NCBI GenBank assembly: GCA_050084985.1
Contig: JBITNC010000001.1
Span: 211,854,001 to 211,918,000 of the forward strand
Direction: 5' to 3'
Origin: Nageia nagi
Taxonomy: Eukaryota > Plantae > Pinophyta
DNA: 64,000 nucleotides
Shown here: piece by piece, positions 53,811 to 64,000 of the stretch
How the letters are laid out: every line of letters begins with the position of its first letter
How positions within the stretch are numbered: the stretch's first letter is position 1
Made by a program: the position numbers and the translations under genes
Notes under the pieces: model-generated
Databases searched by the model: none
What the model was told of the DNA's origin: nothing
The model's input: the letters and a program-made list of their open reading frames with translations, nothing else

Positions 53811-54596
53811 ATCTTTAGTAGAAAATTATTGATAAAATCCCATATTCTAGAAAATGATAACCCATTTGGGTTGGTCATATATCACTTTATTATTTGATAT
53901 ATCCATAAGTGGGGCATACTTTGCTTCCATGATGATGTACATCCATGAATGAGAAAACTAATTTCTTCCATGATGATGTGACCCTCATTTAAGTTCAGCA
54001 CCTTTATTGGTTAGGTTTAAACTAACCATCACCATGACAATATTTATGATCATATGTATGCATTTATGAATGAGGAATTAGGTATTTTGTGATTATTTTT
54101 ATCTATGAATAAGATATTTGGTGCTTTTATGATGATGTGTGTATATTAGATTAATTTAATCCTTGGTCTTTCTTGCTATATCATTTGTAATGAAATGTTG
54201 TGTATAAGTCCATGAATTGTGTTCTTGGTTCTATTGTAATGATTTTTATCCATGAATAGAGACTTAAGTATTTCCATGAAGATACATATACTTATGATAA
54301 TTATTACTCTCATTATATTTGTTATATATTTTAGAGTTTATCATAATATATATGTTTGGATGGTGGCATTTTCTATCTCTCATTTTTTAGTTTATTCTTT
54401 ATTCTTAGTTATTCTCATTGCATGGATATCCATTACACTTCACACATAAGGAAAAGAGTGGGAATCATATATCATCAATCCTTTATGATCATATAGTTCT
54501 ATAGCTAAAATAGGGAAGTATAATTTTTCTTCTCTTTCTTCTTTACTTTGTTTGAAAGCATAATTTCATTTCACTATACTTGCAAAGGGGAAAATA

Positions 54597-55219
54597 TATT
54601 AACACCTAATTTTTGTCTCCCTAAGGTGGTGCTACTTAGGTATTATACTATATTGATATTATATCATATTCTTAGTGTTATTATTGGTCCTTTCTCATGT
54701 AATCTTTTTATTTTTGTGCTAGGTACCCATTGTCGATACTAACCTTCCTAAATGGAAATTAGAGGTTACCTTGCATATATAAAGGTTAGTATGATTAGAG
54801 GGAAAGTTATAAAGATTTCAAATCTCAATAGTTAGTAATAATTAAAAGTTCAAGTTTTTCTTATTATTTCCTATCGATATTAGGATCTTATTACTAGTAG
54901 CATATTTTTTATTCCATATTATGCAATTATATATTTGGCTCAACTTATCAATTTACTATTGTATTTTGATCCTTAGTGGTGAACTCTATTCAATTGTATT
55001 CATAGCATCCATGTTTCCATGCACACCAATGCCATCATTTAAGACCTATTATTTATTTTTCTAAAAGTGTATATATTGTTATTATCTCTTCTATTCTCTA
55101 TGGGGTTTACACATCAAGGTAACTTATCTTCTACAAGTTCTTATATGCATATAATCAACTCCTGATAGGTAAGGTATTACTAGTATTTACCTTTCACCTA
55201 AATAATATTCTATTCTACA
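54597..55219 (+). repeat. LTR closing the host Tat element
   Basis: PPT upstream. 'tattaacacctaat...cctaaggtggtgctacttagg' matches the reverse complement of 34042-33425. Ends 'ttctaca'. Confidence 0.75.
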
Positions 55220-55227
55220 TAATTTAG

Positions 55228-57126
55228 TGTTAGAAAGAGAATTCTAAACACTTTATAAATTTAATACTAAGCACATAATGACCTAGCAACCATACATTGT
55301 GATTGGTGACATGGCGATCAAATTATATCAATTTAGTAATCGAAATCAATCAATTTATCTAACTAATAAATAGTAATAGATTCATTATGAAATGGCATGA
55401 AGGAAAACTAATTAACATACCTCTTCCAAAGATATATTAAGAGATATAAAAGGAGATTCAAGATATTATGGAGAAGAAGATATTAACAAGACTACAACAA
55501 AGTATCATTCAATCACCATTGTGTGTCGATTAGTGAATAATGACATAGATTATAGAATTTTATATACATCAATAGAGTTATTAGAAAATGTAGTTATTTA
55601 ATATTATTAATTATGTATAAATTTTAATTACTTCATACATTATTATTTCTATTCTAGTTCTCTTGAATGGTTCACCATCATTTGTAGGTAAGAATCCTTT
55701 TTGGCTAGAGTTGGTAAATCATTAAAAGTTGATCAACATATTCTATTTTTAGGATACCTAATAATGGAAGATATGAGATGATCAAGTATCTTGAGAATAA
55801 CACTTGGAAAATTATATTAATAAGCACATAGTATGTGAGACGTTCCATGGAGCTCGTGATGATTTAAGATATACTATAAGAGTTGAAGTGGAATAAGTCA
55901 TGATTTTCATGAGAGAAATCACTATTCATGAGTGAAACCATTAAAAGTAATAAATATATTCACCAATACATTTGAAATTATTATGAAGTTAATCCTCAAA
56001 CTTATGTTGATTTTATTTATCCAAATTCATAGTTTGTTAACTGATTCATTTTGAGTTCATGGTTTAATTGCTAATCATTCCATATTTGATGTAGTACAAT
56101 AATTATATTTTGATAATGTTTGGAGCATTAACATATCATGTTGTATTATATTTTTCAATTCAAGAGGCATTCAAATAATATATATAAAGAAGTAACAATT
56201 TTCTTATAGGAAATAAAGAAAGAGAAAGATTTAGATTATGAGTCTATGGAGCACTCTAAGTTGTAGGGATATAAGCACACCAATATTAGATTGTAACCAA
56301 TTTAGTTATATTTTAGAGTTGTACATAATCAATTAGTCTACTTGTTAGAGTAGGTTAGATTAGGAGTAGTAGGTTTTTCTTTTAGAAGTTAAGAGAAAGA
56401 TATTGGAACTATATTGAGACCTCTATAATTTATTCTTGATGGTGTACATTTTTAAAAATTTATAAGGTGAAGATCATGTTGAAACTAAATAAAAATAAGA
56501 AGAAAGAACCCCTCCTATTCTGTTATAATTTATTAAAGTTCACAATGATGACCTTATGATAAAAGGTTGATTTTTCTAAAGGAATTATTAGGGATGAGCC
56601 TTCATCTTAAGTTAGGGATGATGTTAGTACAAAAATTCTAAACACTTTAGTGATTAGAAACTTATCAAATAGCAACTCAGAAGCCATACTTGGTGACTTG
56701 TGATAAAACCACATCAACTTAGTAACCAAAATTGATTATTTTAGCTAACTAATCAAGAGTAACAAATTTGTTATGAAATGAAATGAAGTATAACTAATAG
56801 ACATGAATCTTACAGAGAGATATAAAAGGAGGTTCAAGAGATTATGGAGAAAAAGAGAATAACAAGACTATAACATAGTATCATTCAAGCATCCATTGAC
56901 ATGCCATAGGTGTGTTGACTAGTGACTCATGGAATAGATTATAGGATTTTATATATGTCACCATAGTTATTATAAAATATGATCATCTGATATTATTAAT
57001 TAAATCCCCTTTTTAATTGGTGTATAAATTTTTATTTATATTCTAGTTCTCTTGGTTTATTTAGCTTTATTTATAAGTAATAACCCTTTCTGACCAAATT
57101 GGTAAATCATTAAAATCTAGTCATTA
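55228..57126 (+). mobile_element. Small non-autonomous LTR element (TRIM-like)
   Basis: Direct repeats 55228-55738 and 56622-57126 (TGTTAG...TCAACA/TCATTA); ~880-bp non-coding interior; PPT 'cttaagttagggatga'; flanks TTTAG/TTTGG. Confidence 0.85.
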
Positions 57127-57339
57127 TTTGGCATTTATTTTTATAATACTTGAATGATAAAATTAGAATGTTTTGTGTTTTTTATGCTTCCATATGTTGG
57201 AATCCTTATCCAATAAAACTAAGCACCAATATTTATGTGTGATCAAGAAAGGCCATGGTGGCTAGGTTATTTTCTTAAAAAAACTTCATTTTATTTTATT
57301 ATTATTGCACACATTAGTATTTTAGTGTTAAACCTTAAG

Positions 57340-58500
57340 AAAGATTGTAAAGAGGGTTACAATGCCAAGAATTCATTGAATATTTCATAGATCCAAGATT
57401 ACTATGAGGTATTCTTGAGAAAGCCTATAAAGGAGATTATAAGAAGATAATATCATATTTTTTGGCATCAAGGATATTTAATACTAGTGACACTAGCTTT
57501 AGCCATAAACTAAAAGGGGTGTTAACTTTTCTTAGAACACTAGAAAATGTGAGGGAGGCTAGCCAAAGATCTTATTGCTATTATTGAGAGATAAATTTAA
57601 GTATGACACATAAAATTAAGGATCAAGTTTAGTTACAATAATTTTTAGCATCATTGTCATGGATATAACCCCAAAATTTAGATAAATTTGCAATATTCAT
57701 ACTTCTTAGGTTTATTCTCAAGTACATACTATAGTTTATATTTGTAAACAAATTTAAGAAGGGTCAAGATTTATGGTGATGTATGAGATCTATTATTTTT
57801 AAGTAATTCATAGTGTTACTTTTTCAAAGATTCATAAATATTATACAAAATTATGTATTTTCATTAATAGTGGTGATTCTAATGGTTTAGATCTAGAAAG
57901 TTTATTAAAAATTAAAAATTTTCTATTGGAAACTTCCCTTTGAAGGAACTAGAAATAAAACCTTATCAAATGTTGAACATTACAAGAAAGAAGCTTGATT
58001 TGGTCAAATTTGTCTTATACAAGAGTTGTTAAAAGAGAAATAGTCTATGAAATTCTAGATACAGATATGATTTTGATAATTTAATATAGAGCATGGAATA
58101 ATTTTGAGTCTTTAATTTGCAATTAATATTCTAAGGATTCATAATAATTCTTTTAATTCAAGAAGTTCTTTTAATGATCAAGCTTCTATTTATGGTATTA
58201 TATGTGAACCATATCTTTCAACATAAGTAATTATGGTTGGAAATATAGGTAATCATAATTAAAATTAAGGAAATAAAACTATTAATCATTAGAGAGTCAA
58301 CACATATAGAGAAAATTTGATTTCCTAATTTTTCCTATTCTGAATCCTATTCCAAAAAAGGCTCATAAGAAATTACCTAAATTTGAAAGCAATATTGTAG
58401 TCTTAAGAGAAGAAAACATCATGGATTTAAAGAATTTAATCACACATAGATTTTATAGCATGGAATCATAAATAGTATTTAGCATTATATTAAAAATAAC
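57340..58500 (+). pseudogene. Decayed ORF of unknown function, possibly a retrotransposon accessory ORF
   Basis: One frame runs ~170 codons with only deamination-type stops: 'QEFIEYFIDPRLL*GILEKAYKGDYKKIISYFLASRIF...LDKFAIFILLRFILKY'. Not gag/pol-like. Confidence 0.4.
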
Positions 58501-58914
58501 CATTGATCATGATAATGCACTTTTGTAAAATAGAATGGAGAAAATAGGAAAATAAACTTCCTTTTATGTGCCTTGGGGCATTGCCCTAGGTCTATTTCAT
58601 CTGACAACTTTGTTTTTCTACTATGTTCTCTTGATGTTAATGCTAGATTTCATTTTTGTAACTTGTTTTTGAATTTTTATTTTGCTTCTAGATTCTATTT
58701 TTGAATTATTTATATGAACCTACCTTAGAAACCTAAAAAGTTTATTTATTTAACATTTATCTTAGTAGAATCAATGCTAAATTATATTTATCAATTAATA
58801 TTGATTATTGGTTGAATATCTTATTTTACATTAGAGATGTGATTTTTTTCATTTTTAGGTAGTATTTACTTGTATATTTAAAATCAAAATTATCTTGAGA
58901 CATGTATCTTAACA

Positions 58915-61900
58915 TGGGGAATAATCAATAGGAATAATAAAACTAGCTATAAGATATTTTTTAATTTTGTTTTTAATAGCAAAGGCTACCCTAGGATGCA
59001 TTATTTTAGGATTTTATTGGATTAGTTTTATATTTTTGTTGATAGCTAGGCTATGAGAGACAAAATTAGGATCAACACCATGCATATCAAGATAAAATCA
59101 AGTAAAAACATTAAATAACCCTTTTAATAGTAGGAAAAACATTTTCTATTCTTCAAAAGTTAACCAAGCTCCTATTTTAATCAACTATGGATCCTTTTAG
59201 GTACCAATGTTTACTTCTACTATTTCTTTACTAAGATAGGATATTTTGTTACTGAATTGGAGAGGCATTGGAAATTCCCTTAGTCCTACATATAAAGTTA
59301 GCTATAAGATATGGGAATAATAAAATGGTGATGCTAGGATCCCAATGTTGCTTCCCCATTAAAGGATAAGATGAATGACTAAGAAAGATTAAATACCTAG
59401 ACCTAAGAATGACTTGACAAAAAATGAATGAAAATCGAAGCAAAGGGGTAAGTATCTAGTTTGCAATGTCTATATCATCCATGTAGATATCCTCACCAAA
59501 ATAATCTTAATTTCACATGAACTAATCTATGAGCCTCTTTTCACTAGATTTGGGGAACACACTCTATGCCCCTAGCTTCTCAAGGATAGCATCATCATTC
59601 CTTAAGATATCCACTCAAATTAGAGCTATAGGTGGTAAGAATAGATTTTCATAGTAAGCCTATAAGTCCTCGATAGGACCATGCATCATACCATAATGTA
59701 ACCACTCATCAAAGATATCTCTGGTGTAGCCTTGATCAATTTTATCAACATGTTGAATGACTATAACTAATTAGGATGAGCTAAGTGTAGACTCATCAAA
59801 TCCAACATCAATTATTCTCTTATGCTGACCTTCATTCAAAATGGGATCTATCATACCCTTCTCATTCTTACCTAATCTTTTTCCACTATACTAATATTTA
59901 CCCATATATTGATTAAAAAAAGCAAAATTGATACTATTGAAATGCATAATTACATAAATTGATTATTTTTATAAAATATAAGTTGTATATTTATTTTTGT
60001 ATGTACTTTTTTCTTCATTTTCTTGATAGAGAACATTAACATATTCAATGAGATCATCATTCACTTGAGGAATAGAGAAATTAAACTCAACTTCATCCTC
60101 ATCCAAGTGGCAATGTTATATTTTTAGGACAAAAAGAGATCATCCAAGCTCCCTAGAATTCTCCCAAATATTAATCTTTGGGATTTTATATACTTCAAGG
60201 CTTACCTCTTATGGAATGACATTATTCATAGGTGTTGGTTCATCTTCAGCATTTTTGACCAAATCATGAGTAGTCCAAAATCTCTTAGTTGCTTAACATA
60301 CATCTATAGGATTATCTTTTGTAAGAATATTAACTTGCTTACCTTTATGCATAAATTTAATTGACTAATGCAATGTTGAAGTAATATCCCTATTCTTATG
60401 TATAAATGGTATGTCAAATAATAAATTATATGGCAAATTCACTTGAAAAATATAAATTTTTTGATGAATATTTTTTACCTACTTCAATAGGCATAGAAAC
60501 ATATCTAATGCATTACTTTTTAATATTATCAAAACCTTTAATTCTAATAGTAATTATTTTCATTTTTGTATAAATTAAAAGAAAATACTTTTACAACAAT
60601 ACAACTAAATATACATTGATATTTGAACTAGTATCAATCAAAGCTTTCTTAATAGGAATACCATCTATATAACATTGATATACACTCCTAGGTTCTTCTC
60701 AATAACATCTTCACTAGGAAATTCACTCTCTTTGAATCAAAACATGTTACAAACTAAATTAATGTCAAGATAAGCTATTAATTTAATAAATTTTTATCAA
60801 CATCAATTTTCTTAAGTGCATAAAATAAAGCATTTGTATGATCAATTGATAATTACAAAAGTTTGAAAATACTTAAATCTTAGCATGGGTTACCATTAGT
60901 TTTTAAAAGAGTTGTTATGTACCAAAATTATGAGGGACCTTTATTCACTCTATTGTAGCCAGATTGATACTCCCTCTAGGTCTTTCTCTTTAGCATTACC
61001 ACATAGTTCTTGGTTGAATATGATAGTCACCATGAGGGGTTCAACTTCCTTTGAGTCAACTACATGGGCCTCATATTGTATCTTACCATCATATTATAAT
61101 TTTTGTAAGTATTTATTTTTTCTATGACTTTTAACCTTTTGATATTTACAAAATTCTACTTCATTGCACTTACTAGGTTTATCATCATTAGAACCTAGAT
61201 CTTGTTTTGGATTAGGTTTGATTAACCCCTTTTGTATTAAATTCTTGAACATAATGGTAGGAGCAAAAGGTAACCTATTATTCTTATTGAAATTTTATTT
61301 TACTTGACTCTTTTATTTCTCTTTAGAATAGGGTTCTTCTATGGCATGTACCTATTTATCTTCATTTTTATAATGTTTAGATCCCATAGTTTTCTTATTA
61401 GGGTTTCCATATTTCAAGTCACCCATGTCAAATAAGCACTTCTCTTTTTGGGTAATCCTATGCACAATTTTTTATAAAGGGTAGTGTCATATAATCTAAG
61501 GCTATGAACTTTAATTTAGGATGGATAGTATAGATATATATGGATGTGATATGAGACTTAGATAAGGGTTCAAGAATCATGCTCAATATTTTTTAGAATC
61601 TTTAGGAAAATTTATCAAAACTTTCATTTAGACCTTAGATAGCACTAACTAAATATAAAACTATTATTTGTATAGGAGTGTGATATTTGAAATGGACATA
61701 AAATTGAGATAAGTTTTACATAGCAATTAATGGATTTAATGGGTAAATAATATTGTAAAAACTAAGATTTGCAAGCAAAATGTAATAAAAGCATGAGAAA
61801 TATGTAATAAATTATAAGTATGGAGTAACAAAAGTATGGGAAAATTATTTCAAAAGAATGATAGGCTATTATTAAGCAAAATAGAGCTTAACAAAGTTGT

Positions 61901-64000
61901 AATATTACCAAAATGTAGTCAAACAATGTTCAAAATGCAATAAATAAATCATGATTGTAACCTAATCTAAATCCCCTAAAGAATGGAAAATCATGTTGAT
62001 GCAATAAAAACCATTCATAGAGGATGTAATCGAGGTTAGTATATTTATTTTGAAAAATATAATAAAGAAGGAAGAGGATGGGCAAAAATCAACCCTTGTT
62101 GGTTGCTTTATTAGAGTATGATCCCTTTTTGATATGATTCAAATTTGGATGAAAGTAATATGGATTACAAAAGGATGGGTATCCTTAGTTTCTCTCCTAA
62201 GAGAATTTTTGTTATTCAAGTTTTAGTTTGATGAAGACCTACAAAAAGTGATAGAAATGGGTCCATGGTTCCTTGGGAAGAAAGAATTAGTCATGAAGAA
62301 ATGGGAGGAAACTTTCTTCCCCTAAAGTAAAAATTTCAACCTCATTCCAACATGGGTCTCACTTCATGGACTTCATCCATCTTTTTGGCACCCATGTGTA
62401 TTATCTAGAATTATAAAAGTAATTGGATCCCTTATCATAATTAAGTGATCAACAAGATTAAAACTTAAGTTTATAGATACCAGATTCATGATTAATTTAG
62501 ATATTTCCAAATCTATAATGAATGAGATAAAATTTAAAAAAATAATATGGAAGAGAATGGATGCAACCAATTAATTCTATATGAAAATCTACCAGTACAA
62601 TGTGGAATTTGTAAGAGTTATGAGCACTATGAAAAGGATTTCCCAAAAAAGAAGAGGAGGGATGAAGAAAGGAGAGAAAAAGAAAAGAATAAAAAGGGGT
62701 CTTAAGATAAATAAAAAGAATAAGGGTGGAAGTTAGTCTAAAAATAAAAAACAAAAAAACTAAGAATACAGTCAAAACATAGATAAAATGAATCACATTA
62801 GAAAAATAGTCAAATTCAAATAAAGTCCATGAAAAAAATCAACCATAACAAACCCCTACATAACATTATCAATTTTGTAAATAATTGAAAAATAAGAAAC
62901 ATATTATAATTCATATTTTATAAAGATGAGACAATAAATATAGAAGTTATAGAAGGGGAAGATAGAGAAATAATCATAAAGGCGATAAAAAAAGTAAGAA
63001 ATATAAATCATCAAGCAATAATAACACAACAAGAAGAAGGTTAAGATGGAATCCCACAAAGAAATATATTTAACTCTAGAAATATAGCAAATGTTAGAAA
63101 AACACATTTGGAGATACCATTCCAAGGAGAGACTAGAGAGAAACTCACTGAATAGAATATGGAGAATGGAAAGTAATCAACTATATATCTGATCAACAAA
63201 TCTTAGCCCATGTTTAAGCTAAATAAATGATTTTTTTATTATAATATTTTAGAGGTAGTTGGTATACAACTGCATTATAATTCAAATGCATTTTGACTAT
63301 AGTTTGATGATTTTCTATTAATACAATTTATAAATTAGGTTGGATTGGGGATACCAATAGGTTATAGTTGGGTTCAATCTAAACTTATTTTGTTAGTAGT
63401 TTTTTGACAAATTATATTAGCTACCACTAGGTATAGTAGGGTAGCAATTTTCTATTTTGGAACCATTTTGTGACTAGTTTTTTTAGCATCCAAAAAAAAC
63501 CCCTCATCACTTTTTGATAATATAATTTACTCTTATTATCAAAATTTAGTGAGCAAAGAGAAGTTCTAATTAAGTGCATCATATCTAAATGTAGTAGGGA
63601 AGTATTTAGCCATCAAGTTATTATTTAGCATAAATTTTAATTCAAACTTCATCTTGAAAGCCTTTATATTATCCATAGGATTTCCTTCACCATTGTATGT
63701 ATTCAAAATAGGTTTCACTTGCAAATTAGGTGCCTTAGTATGGTGATCCTCATCACAAAGTGGATTTGAATCCCTAGACATGGGTGGAGCCCCTCTAACA
63801 AGTTAATTGTTGCTCCTAATATTAGAGGTTTCACTTCGCTCTTCATTACCATATAATATTTTCTTTATATTAGCTTTGTTTACCTCATTAAAGCTATTGA
63901 TGATGGAAAGAAACTCAACATGTTCCATCTCTAAAATACTTGAAAAGAAGTATTAGTCTTATCCTAAAACCTTAATATTTTGGTGCAATTAGTGAAAGAT
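58915..64000 (-). mobile_element. Minus-strand Tat/Ogre-type element (same family as 45390-53387): leader, gag, PR, G-patch, RT start
   Basis: gag 'YNGEGNPMDNIKAFKMKFELKF...AKYFPTT' (ORF 63566-63781) closely matches the gag at 46450. PR 'IKKALIDTSSNINV' (~60640); G-patch ~59800-59890. RT 'MHPRVAFAIK...IIPIDYSP' is cut at 58915 by an LTR end. Confidence 0.9.
61750..63543 (+). mobile_element. L1-clade LINE insertion carrying only ORF1
   Basis: DUF4283-type 'TLVGCF...LLFKF*FDEDLQKVIEMGPWFLGKKELVMKKW...PTWVSLHGLHPSFW' and knuckle 'YENLPVQCGICKSYEHYEKDFP'. 3' end 'ttatcaaaa'. 16-bp TSD-like pair at 61734-61749 and 63544-63559 (12/16 identical). Interrupts gag. Confidence 0.88.

Larger units (their letters stand above)
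34043..55219 (+). mobile_element. 3' half of a host Tat/Ogre-type element split by two full-length nested elements
   Basis: RT 'IHKLVEVYVDDILAKS...LNPKKYF' (34043-34368) resumes at ~43461 as 'FS*LLRKENKFI*SEA'. Then RH, aRH 'WTLYFDGS...NNNIVEYEALVLGL...VYGD' (44030-44410), INT C-terminus (44605-45018), 3' UTR split at 45390-53387, PPT 'aaaggggaaaa' and LTR 54597-55219. Confidence 0.85.

Noticed and set aside
62373-63125. Minus-strand hydrophobic ORFs
   Set aside because: They are antisense to the A-rich LINE ORF1.

Overview
Very AT-rich eukaryotic plant DNA, depleted in CG and CHG. A gymnosperm-like origin is inferred from the element types and the style of the PPR motifs. There is no intact cellular gene, rRNA, tRNA or CRISPR array. 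The window is a deep nest of decayed Ty3/gypsy LTR retrotransposons: a Tekay/Del-type chromovirus (1-~5900, minus); a 22.4-kb non-chromovirus element with short LTRs and a perfect ATGAA TSD (9545-31977); five Tat/Ogre-type elements (32090-64000), which where pol is present show an extra RNase H, a G-patch and/or an intron-like spacer; a TRIM-like element; and an ORF1-only L1 LINE. Most of the supplied ORFs are fragments of these pseudogenes or are spurious. The most unusual content lies inside the 22-kb element: (i) a 3.8-kb insert carrying a histone H3 N-terminal tail (residues ~1-34, no histone fold) in an apparently spliced minus-strand gene; (ii) a PLS-class PPR gene fragment inside a 5.1-kb solo-LTR-like insert; (iii) two extra capsid-like units between protease and RT; and (iv) about 5 kb of extra 3' ORF remnants. 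All alignments and translations were done by eye.
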